Made by a program: the position numbers and the translations under genes
DNA from: Candidatus Deferrimicrobiaceae bacterium
Lineage (GTDB): Bacteria > Desulfobacterota > Deferrimicrobia > Deferrimicrobiales > Deferrimicrobiaceae
Assembly (NCBI GenBank): GCA_963792415.1
Contig: CAWBVY010000001.1
Coordinates: 62,025 to 126,024 of the forward strand
Length of the DNA: 64,000 bases
Direction of reading: 5' to 3'
Part shown: piece by piece, positions 57,102 through 64,000 of the stretch
Layout of the letters: the number at the start of each line of letters is the position of its first letter
Numbering within the stretch: position 1 is the first letter of the stretch
Notes under the pieces: model-generated
The model's database searches: none
The model's input: the letters and a program-made list of their open reading frames with translations, nothing else
Told to the model about the DNA's origin: nothing

Positions 57102-58084
57102 GTCCGACCTCCTTTGTTGGTTGCCACGGTCATTTTTGAATAGAGCGGAAAAAGTATCCTCAAGACCTGGATGACACCCGGCCCGAGAATGACGATGAAC
57201 AACGCCGGGAACATCAGGAACACGAGCGGGAATACGAGCTTGATGGTCGTCTTCGCCGCGGCCTCTTCGGCCTTCTGCCGACGCCGCATCCGCAGGGAGT
57301 CGGAGTGGACCCGCAGGGACTGCGCGAGGCTCGTCCCCAGTTTCTCCGTCTGGATCAGCATCGCAACGAGGGACTTGACGTCCTCCACCCCGGTTCTTTC
57401 CGTAAGAGCCCGCAACGCATCCTGCCGGGGTTTCCCCGCCACCATCTCCCGGTTGACGATGTCGAACTCTTCGCTCAACGCGGGACTGGAAAGCTTGAAT
57501 TCCTCCGTGATCTTTACGAAGGAGGCGTTCAGCCCGAGGCCCGCCTCGACGCAGACGACCAGCAGGTCCAGTCCGTCCGGGAGGGAGTCCGTGATCTCCT
57601 CCTGGCGCTTGCGGATCTTCGCTCGAAGCACGAAATCCGGAAGGAGAAACCCGGCGATTCCCGCCACGAGGACCATCAGGAAGATCGACTTGCTCGCAAT
57701 CCCGGTGACCTTCCCGTAGACCACGGCAAGGACCACCAGAACGACCGGCAACGCCCAGCGAACCCCAAGGTAGATCTGATACGCTCCCGAGCTCCGGATC
57801 CCCGCCTGGTTCAGGAGGAGGCGTCCGCCGGTAAGTTCCTTCCCCGAAAGCATCTCCACAAGTTCGATTTCCGTGGGCGCTTTCGCGGAAAACCACTTCC
57901 GTACCTTTCCGAGCCACTCTCCCGCGGATGCCACAATCCGGCCGCGGGGAGCGTCCGCCTCCTCCCCCACGATCTCCTTGAACCGTTGCGGCAGCGACTC
58001 CTTCCGGGATTCCAGCCACAGGTACAACCCGATCGATCCGATTGCCGTCGCCAGGAAGATCGAAACCGACAAGAAGAGAATCAA
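57032..58084 (-). CDS. tadC: Tad/Flp pilus assembly protein TadC (T2SS-F family)
   Basis: 350 aa polytopic GspF-like protein. The C-terminal about 25 aa overlap the small ORF and may not all be real. Confidence 0.8.
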   Translation of the reverse strand: MILFLSVSIFLATAIGSIGLYLWLESRKESLPQRFKEIVGEEADAPRGRIVASAGEWLGKVRKWFSAKAPTEIELVEMLSGKELTGGRLLLNQAGIRSSGAYQIYLGVRWALPVVLVVLAVVYGKVTGIASKSIFLMVLVAGIAGFLLPDFVLRAKIRKRQEEITDSLPDGLDLLVVCVEAGLGLNASFVKITEEFKLSSPALSEEFDIVNREMVAGKPRQDALRALTERTGVEDVKSLVAMLIQTEKLGTSLAQSLRVHSDSLRMRRRQKAEEAAAKTTIKLVFPLVFLMFPALFIVILGPGVIQVLRILFPLYSKMTVATNKGGRTWIWAMPFPGSLFFVSFSRFTST

Positions 58085-58097
58085 GGGTTCCCCCGTC

Positions 58098-59060
58098 TCA
58101 GATCTTGATCCGGATGATCTTGCGGATGGCCAGCATCCCGAGGATCTGCAGTGTCACGGCGATGGCGATCATGATCCTTCCGGTCCCCTCGAACCAAAGC
58201 GGTTTCAGGTACTCCGGGTTCATGATCCCGATGAGGACGGCCACTCCGATCGGAAGAAGCGAAAGGATGAATCCGCTCATTCGCGCCTGGGCCGTGAAGA
58301 TCTTGAGCTGTCCCTGGACGCGGAACCGTTCCCGGATCACATAGGCGATCTTGTCGATGATCTCGGCGAGGTTTCCTCCCGTTTCCCGCTGGATCAGGAT
58401 CGCCGTGACGAAGAACTTGACGTCGAGGATGTCGACCCGGTCCGTCATCCCGATGAGAGCCTGTCGAAGGGGAATCCCCAGGTTCTGCTCTTCGAACACC
58501 TTCGAGAACTCGGGGCCGATCGGATCCGGCATCTCCTGGGAGACGAGCTGGATGGCGCCCGTGAACGAGTGGCCGGCCCGCAGGGAGCGGGCGAACATTT
58601 CGAGCGCTTCCGGGAAGTGATTCATGAACCGTTTCAACCGGCGTCGCCGCCTGATGTCGACGATGAGGTTGGGAACGGTGAGCAGGCCGATGCCGACGAC
58701 GACCGACAGGATGGTTGGCCAGTGCAGGATGCGGCCGGCAACGATGCCCACGGAAAAGAGGACCAGGGAGAGGAGGAGGAACGTGCCCACCGGGATCTTC
58801 ATGTCCGCCTGCCGCAACCGCCGGTCGATCCTGGCGGCGATATTCACCCTCGACAGAAGCCGGTTGAGCAGCGGAACTTCGCTCAGCACCTCGTTCTTCA
58901 GGAATTCCGGAACATCCGCGTCCCGCAGGTTGCGGATTTCGAGCAGCGAGATCCTTCTCTTGACCTCCGCTTTCTCGCTGCGCCCGGCCGACAGGAGGAA
59001 GTACCCCCCGACAACCGCCAGGAGAACCAGCGCGAAGACGGCAATGGGGATCCAGATCAT
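58098..59060 (-). CDS. tadB: Tad/Flp pilus assembly protein TadB (T2SS-F family)
   Basis: 320 aa GspF-like membrane protein. Confidence 0.8.
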   Translation of the reverse strand: MIWIPIAVFALVLLAVVGGYFLLSAGRSEKAEVKRRISLLEIRNLRDADVPEFLKNEVLSEVPLLNRLLSRVNIAARIDRRLRQADMKIPVGTFLLLSLVLFSVGIVAGRILHWPTILSVVVGIGLLTVPNLIVDIRRRRRLKRFMNHFPEALEMFARSLRAGHSFTGAIQLVSQEMPDPIGPEFSKVFEEQNLGIPLRQALIGMTDRVDILDVKFFVTAILIQRETGGNLAEIIDKIAYVIRERFRVQGQLKIFTAQARMSGFILSLLPIGVAVLIGIMNPEYLKPLWFEGTGRIMIAIAVTLQILGMLAIRKIIRIKI

Positions 59061-59073
59061 CCTCGGCCTCCCC

Positions 59074-60441
59074 TCACGATTTCCGGTTCGCGAAGATCTC
59101 GGAAGGGAGGTGGATCCCCGCCATGTGGATCATGTCGAGGAACTTCGGCCGGACGCCGCTTGCCCGGAACTGGCCGATGACCTTCCCCTCGGGATCGAGA
59201 CCCTGCTTTTCGAAGACGAAGATGTCCTGCATCACCACCACCTCCCCCTCCATGCCGGTCACCTCGGAGACCTTGACGATCTTCCGGGCGCCGTCGCTCA
59301 GGCGCGCCACCTGGATGATGACGTTCAGCGCGGCGCTGACCTGCTCCCGGATCGCCTTGGCGGGAAGTTCGAATCCCGCCATCAGGACCATGGTTTCGAG
59401 GCGGGAAAGGGCGTCCCGCGGCGAATTGGCGTGGACGGTGGAGATGGAGCCGTCGTGGCCGGTATTCATCGCCTGGAGCATGTCCAGCGCCTCGCCCCCG
59501 CGCACCTCGCCCAGGATGATCCGGTCGGGGCGCATCCGGAGGGCGTTGCGCACCAGGTCCCGCTGGGTCACGGCCCCCCTTCCCTCGATGTTGGGGGGCC
59601 GGGTCTCGAGCCGCACCACGTGCTCCTGCTGGAGGATGAGCTCGGCGGAATCCTCGATCGTCACGATCCGATCGTCGTTGGGGACGGAGGAGGACAGGAT
59701 GTTCAGCAAGGTGGTCTTGCCGGCGCCCGTGCCGCCCGACACCAGGATGTTGAGCCGCGCCCGCACCATCGCGTCGAAAACCTTCGCCATCTCCTCCGTC
59801 AGCGACCCGTTGGCGACCAGGTTCTCCATCCTCAGCGGGTCGATGCCGAAGCGCCGGATGGAGAGCGCCGGCCCGTCCAGCGCGAGCGGGGGGATGATGA
59901 CGTTGACGCGGGAGCCGTCGGGCAGCCGGGCGTCGACAAAGGGCGTGGACTCGTCGACCCGCCGCCCCACCTTGGAGACGATCCGTTCGATGATCGTCAT
60001 CAGGTGGTCGTCGTCCTTGAAGGTGACCTCGGTCTTGTGCAGCTTCCCGTGCTTCTCGATGTACACCTTCTCCGCCCCGTTGACCATGATGTCGGAGATC
60101 TCGGGATCCTGGAGGAGCGGCTCCAGGGGGCCGAGTCCCAGGGTCTCGTGCTGGATCTCGACGACCAGCCGCTCCCGCTCCATCCGGGTGAGCGGGATCC
60201 CCTCGGCGGCGATGAGGCTTTCCACGACGGTCTTGATGATCCCCGAGAGCTGCTCCGGGGAGATCTCGGCGACGGAGGAGAGGTCCAACCGGTCGATGAG
60301 CTTGCGGTGGATGCTGCTTTTGAGCTCCTGGTAGGCGTTCATCTCCGCCGCCGCGACGCTGCGGCGCTGCGCGAGGTCTCCGAACGCCGTGGCGGCACCG
60401 GCACCGTTTTTCTTCGACGCCATCCATTCGTTGATCGTCAT
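59074..60441 (-). CDS. tadA: Tad/Flp pilus assembly ATPase TadA/CpaF
   Basis: 455 aa with Walker [10 protein letters not shown] and Asp/His boxes of the T2SS-E/VirB11 family. Confidence 0.9.
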   Translation of the reverse strand: MTINEWMASKKNGAGAATAFGDLAQRRSVAAAEMNAYQELKSSIHRKLIDRLDLSSVAEISPEQLSGIIKTVVESLIAAEGIPLTRMERERLVVEIQHETLGLGPLEPLLQDPEISDIMVNGAEKVYIEKHGKLHKTEVTFKDDDHLMTIIERIVSKVGRRVDESTPFVDARLPDGSRVNVIIPPLALDGPALSIRRFGIDPLRMENLVANGSLTEEMAKVFDAMVRARLNILVSGGTGAGKTTLLNILSSSVPNDDRIVTIEDSAELILQQEHVVRLETRPPNIEGRGAVTQRDLVRNALRMRPDRIILGEVRGGEALDMLQAMNTGHDGSISTVHANSPRDALSRLETMVLMAGFELPAKAIREQVSAALNVIIQVARLSDGARKIVKVSEVTGMEGEVVVMQDIFVFEKQGLDPEGKVIGQFRASGVRPKFLDMIHMAGIHLPSEIFANRKS

Positions 60442-60442
60442 C

Positions 60443-61639
60443 TCACACGCCTCTCCGCCGGAAAAGGTTGTCCAGGATCCCCTTCTTCTTCTCCGGGACC
60501 GCCTTCTTCGGCGCCGGCCCTTCCAGCAGCTCCGCCATCCGGTCGAAGCTTTTGGTGACCTCCTTGTCCGGGGCGACTTCCGAGAGGAGCTTCCCGCGGT
60601 TGATGGAGGAGATCACGGTCGGGTAGTCGTTGGGAACGGAAAAGAAGACCGGGGTGTTCATGATCCCCTCGATGCTCTCCTTCGGGATCTCGTCGTTCGG
60701 AAGGTAGCGGCTGAGGAGGAGCCGCACCCGCTCGTCGCGCAGCCCGATCCGCCCGAAGAGCTCCAGGCACTTCTGGGTGTTCTTCAGGGAAGGGAGGTTC
60801 AGCAGGGACACGAGCAGGACGATGTCGGACATCTCCAGGGCCGTCAGCGTCCGCTCGTCGAACTGGTGCGGCGTATCCACGATAATGTAGTCGAACATCG
60901 ACCGCAGCGTCGAGAGGACCTCCCGCACCTGGGCCGGGGAGATCTGCTCCCCGTCCTCGATGGTCGGCGGGTCGGCCAGGACGTAGACCCCGCTGGCGTG
61001 CCGGACGAGGAGCGTGTGCAGGAAGTCGTAGTCGGCCTTCTCCGCGTTCTTCGCCAGGTCCAGGATGGAATAGGACGAGTTCACGTTGAAGAACATCGTG
61101 ACGTCGCCGTGGGAGAGCACGAGGTCGACCACGGCGACCTTTTTCCCCGTAAGCCGGACCAGGGCGTCCGCGAGGTTCACGGCGATCGTCGTCGTCCCGT
61201 TCCCCCCCTTGTTGCTGAAGACGGAGAGGATCTTCCCCCCGCGGCCCCCCGATTCCTTCCGGGTCGCCTTGAGCTTGGACGCCTTCTCCGCCGCCGCCCG
61301 GAGGTCGATCTCCTTGACCGGCTTGCAGAGGTAATCGTGCGCACCGGCGCGGATCGTCCGCAGGATGAGGTCGGAGTCGGTCCGGTCGGAGAGGGCGACG
61401 AGATACAGGAACGGGAAATCCTTCGCCATCGTGGAGATCGACTCGATCGCCGGTTCGGGGGTGGGGCCCAGCCCGATGATCACCATTTCGGGAAGGTGCA
61501 TCCGGATGATGTCGATGCCGGTCTTGACGGAGTGCGTCTTCCAGCGCACCTCGATGGCGCCGATCCGCTTGCTCAGGATGTCGATCTGCCGGATCGCCTC
61601 CTGGTCCGTCTCGATGATCAGGCAACTGATGCGGTTCAT
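60443..61639 (-). CDS. tadZ: Tad/Flp pilus assembly protein TadZ/CpaE (receiver-like N-domain plus MinD/ParA-type ATPase)
   Basis: 398 aa. The ParA-like P-loop is [14 protein letters not shown]. Confidence 0.85.
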   Translation of the reverse strand: MNRISCLIIETDQEAIRQIDILSKRIGAIEVRWKTHSVKTGIDIIRMHLPEMVIIGLGPTPEPAIESISTMAKDFPFLYLVALSDRTDSDLILRTIRAGAHDYLCKPVKEIDLRAAAEKASKLKATRKESGGRGGKILSVFSNKGGNGTTTIAVNLADALVRLTGKKVAVVDLVLSHGDVTMFFNVNSSYSILDLAKNAEKADYDFLHTLLVRHASGVYVLADPPTIEDGEQISPAQVREVLSTLRSMFDYIIVDTPHQFDERTLTALEMSDIVLLVSLLNLPSLKNTQKCLELFGRIGLRDERVRLLLSRYLPNDEIPKESIEGIMNTPVFFSVPNDYPTVISSINRGKLLSEVAPDKEVTKSFDRMAELLEGPAPKKAVPEKKKGILDNLFRRRGV

Positions 61640-61646
61640 TCCTCTC

Positions 61647-61988
61647 CTATTCCACCAGGGAGATGACTTTCACTTCCGTACCCGTGAGGGGACCGCCGCC
61701 GCCGCTGGAGGATCCGCCGAAGGCAGATCCGGGGATGTATCTTCCCGTCACGTAACCGTCTCCCCCTTGCCTCCCCACACCTTCGATCCAGAACCCGGCG
61801 AGAGTGTACCCGACCTGGACGGAGGCGCCCGTTCCCTGCGTTCCACCGGCGCCCCCACCGACGATGGGAATGCTCGGATCATAGATGACGACCCGAACGA
61901 CCCGGGGGGATCCCATTTCGTGGGTATTGGTAGCGTAGTCGCTCGGAAATGTTTGGCTGTAACCTTGCGCATTTGCATCATCGAGCAA
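61647..61988 (-). CDS. Gly-rich hypothetical protein (113 aa), possibly the frameshifted C-terminal continuation of the TadG-like gene
   Basis: Its frame is open from directly after the TadG-like stop (…GIRGFAR*/KVYEALLDDANAQGY…). No ATG start; TTG only. Confidence 0.35.
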   Translation of the reverse strand: MLDDANAQGYSQTFPSDYATNTHEMGSPRVVRVVIYDPSIPIVGGGAGGTQGTGASVQVGYTLAGFWIEGVGRQGGDGYVTGRYIPGSAFGGSSSGGGGPLTGTEVKVISLVE

Positions 61989-62826
61989 AGCCTCGTATAC
62001 CTTGAACGATCGGCCCCATAGCGTTCCCGGTCATCAGGTCGACGGGCAAGGACATGTCGATCGGGAAACACCCGCTGCTGATGAAAGTCCTCAGGTCGTT
62101 CGCGCCCTGAAACGTCTCTCCTCCCACGTTCCCCTGCATGAGGAAGAAATGCCCCGACGACTGTTGCCCGGAGGGGGAGTTATTGTCGGCGCTTGGAGAT
62201 CCCACCTTCAAGGTGATGGCAGCCCCGGGACACAAACCGACGCCCCCTGTGCAATCCTTGTAGATCGTCTCCCCGGGGGCGGGGGAACCGTCGTACTCGC
62301 CGTCGGGAGTCCCGTCACGGTTCGTTCCGTATGCCGGATCGTCAGCCCACGGGTAGGGGATCGCGAACGGCTTGATGCAGTTCACATTCGTCGGAGGGCC
62401 GGCCACCGCGGCCTGCGCCACGGCGCGCGCGGTAATCACTCGATTCGCCATCCCGAGAATCCGTGCGAAAAAGAGATTCGCGTTGCGGGAAGTGACCACT
62501 TCGATCCGGTCCAGCGAGGGAAAGGAGACGGCCACCTCGCCCGCGGGGTCAAGCCGCGTCCGCACCACCACGTCCCGGGACGCGTAATCCCTCGCGCGGG
62601 CGTCGGCTATGCCCCGGATGCTCGAATCGTTCCAGTCCCCGGTCGTAAAAGCGGAAGCGCCGGCCAACGCACCCGCATCGGCGCTGCGCTGGAGTTCGTG
62701 GCGAACGGAATACATGTGGCCCACGTCGATCCCGAGGGCCGCAAGGCCCAGGAGGACGAAAATGGCCAGAGCCACAAAAACCAGTATCTGCCCCTTTTCG
62801 TTTCTTTTCATCGTCGTACCCCTCAT
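61978..62826 (-). CDS. TadE/TadG-like pilus assembly protein (Tad_N domain)
   Basis: N-terminal MKRNEKGQILVFVALAIFVLLGLAALGIDVGHMY is the TadG N-domain. Confidence 0.7.
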   Translation of the reverse strand: MRGTTMKRNEKGQILVFVALAIFVLLGLAALGIDVGHMYSVRHELQRSADAGALAGASAFTTGDWNDSSIRGIADARARDYASRDVVVRTRLDPAGEVAVSFPSLDRIEVVTSRNANLFFARILGMANRVITARAVAQAAVAGPPTNVNCIKPFAIPYPWADDPAYGTNRDGTPDGEYDGSPAPGETIYKDCTGGVGLCPGAAITLKVGSPSADNNSPSGQQSSGHFFLMQGNVGGETFQGANDLRTFISSGCFPIDMSLPVDLMTGNAMGPIVQGIRGFAR

Positions 62827-62848
62827 ATTCCCCTGTTCCCGCGTCGGC

Positions 62849-64000
62849 CTACCAGATCATGTCCGGACTCAGCTCCTCGGGCTTCATCGTCTCCGAGGGG
62901 AGCGCCGGGATCTCGTCCTTGTTCAACGGACGGACGAGCTTCGGCGTGACCATCACCATCAACTCGGTTTCGTTGTTCTGGTACCTCGTGCTCCGGAACA
63001 GGGCCCCCAGGATCGGGATGTCGCCGAGAAGGGGGATCTTGGAGACCTGCTTCAGCACCTTGTTGTCGATGAGCCCTGCCAGGACGAACGTCTGGCCGTC
63101 CGCCAGCTGGAGTCCCGATTCCGCCTTGCGGGTTTTCAACGCCGGGATCCGGAAGCCCGAAAGGATGACGGCGTTGGCGTAATCAAGCTCGCTGACTTCC
63201 TGCGAGACGTTAAGATAGATCTCACCGTTCGGGGAAATCCTCGGCCGGAAAACGAGCTGGACGCCGAACTCCTTGTAGGTGACGGAAAAGGAGGACGTTC
63301 CCGTGCTCCCCGTGGAAATGACGACGGGGAACTCCCCGCCCGCCAGGAACTTCCCCTCCGCGCCGTTGGCGACGACGAGGTTCGGTTCGGCAAGGACCTT
63401 GAGCCCTCCCTTGTCGTCCAGAACGCGCAGGAACGCGGCGAAATCCGGGAACATTCCCGGCTTCGCGATGAAGACGTTCATCATGTCGCTGAACGAGGTG
63501 TTGGGCCCAATATCTCCGATTGCTGGTCACGGAGATTCCCGAAGGTGGGATTGAAATTGTTCGGGGGGCTCAAGGCGCCGCGAAGGGTGTTCCCCTCGAA
63601 CAGGTAGTTGAAGCCGAGCTCCTTCGAAATAGTGCGGTCGACCTCGGACACGCGGATCTGGAGAAGAACCTGCTCGAGCTTCTTCACCTTGAGGAGATTC
63701 ACGACCCCCTTGACGTGCGCCTGCGCGCCTTCCACCAGCCGGGTCTGGGTCACGTTGTCCGTAACCGTGCCGGTGAGGACCAGCTTGTCTCCGGCGGCGG
63801 TCACCTCGAACTCCTCCCCGGGTGCGATTTTCGTGAGATCCTCCCTCACGAGGTCCAGGTTGATCCCGACGACCACTTCGACCGTGGTGGCGACCTCCTG
63901 CTGGCTCCAGTAGACGAGCGTGGTCGTCCCGAAGGCCTTCCCGATGACCATCATCTGCCGGGGGGAGACGACCATGACGTCCGCGGTTTCCGGCCGTGCG
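62849..64000 (-). CDS. cpaC: CpaC/RcpA secretin of the Tad pilus, 5' end beyond the window, with an apparent 1-nt frameshift near 63500-63525
   Basis: The N-part (63481-64000) has the pilus-formation N-domain (…TADVMVVSPRQMMVIGKAFGTTTLVYW…). The C-part (62849-63484) is the secretin domain (…GLKVLAEPNLVVANGAEGKFLAGGEFPV…GDIPILGALFRS…). The two parts are in adjacent frames. Confidence 0.75.

Overview
This is a high-GC (about 68%) bacterial chromosomal segment, densely packed with genes, most of them on the minus strand. GTG and TTG starts are frequent, and many neighbouring genes share 4-nt start/stop overlaps (ATGA or GTGA), which suggests long polycistronic operons.

The gene content points to an anaerobic deltaproteobacterium-like organism (Desulfuromonadota or Myxococcota type), but this is my inference and uncertain. 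The evidence is MglA, a Tad pilus, monomeric IDH, korDABC, an ADP-forming acetyl-CoA synthetase, a CdnL regulator and a fused IspDF.

Gene blocks, in window order:
- ppdK (partial), glyS and glyQ
- recO and a rodZ-like gene
- TPR lipoprotein, mtnP and rlmN
- a TCA-cycle supercluster: icd, ndk, korCBAD, sucDC, mdh, a Pta-N/DRTGG gene and acd
- a GGDEF diguanylate cyclase with hisS and aspS
- comEC, uvrC, uvrB, cysS, ispDF and cdnL
- a plus-strand island: a DUF362 Fe-S protein, an HgdC-like activase, a MoeB/ThiF E1, a THUMP-less ThiI-like PP-loop protein and an Fe-S-type LarE-like protein, with a divergent class-V aminotransferase and mogA
- a GAF/degenerate-GGDEF protein, a C-terminally extended MglA GTPase, a small helical protein and an EF-G paralog
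- coaX and birA
- a low-GC degraded patch
- a TonB-like gene, an AAA+ ATPase, a 1457-aa secreted TPR giant and DUF192
- a Tad/Cpa pilus secretion locus (tadC, tadB, tadA, tadZ, tadG-like, cpaC)

I found no rRNA, tRNA or CRISPR array.

Non-coding structure worth noting:
- a composite about 180-bp repeat present in two copies, with one module inverted between the copies
- a 164-bp palindromic element with near-perfect terminal inverted repeats
- a textbook sigma70 promoter for cdnL
- an intrinsic terminator after icd

At least five genes (rodZ-like, birA, tonB-like, cpaC, ICMT-like) read as single-base frameshifts. Either the assembly carries indel errors or there is real gene decay. All coordinates are from manual reading; gene starts are approximate where stated.
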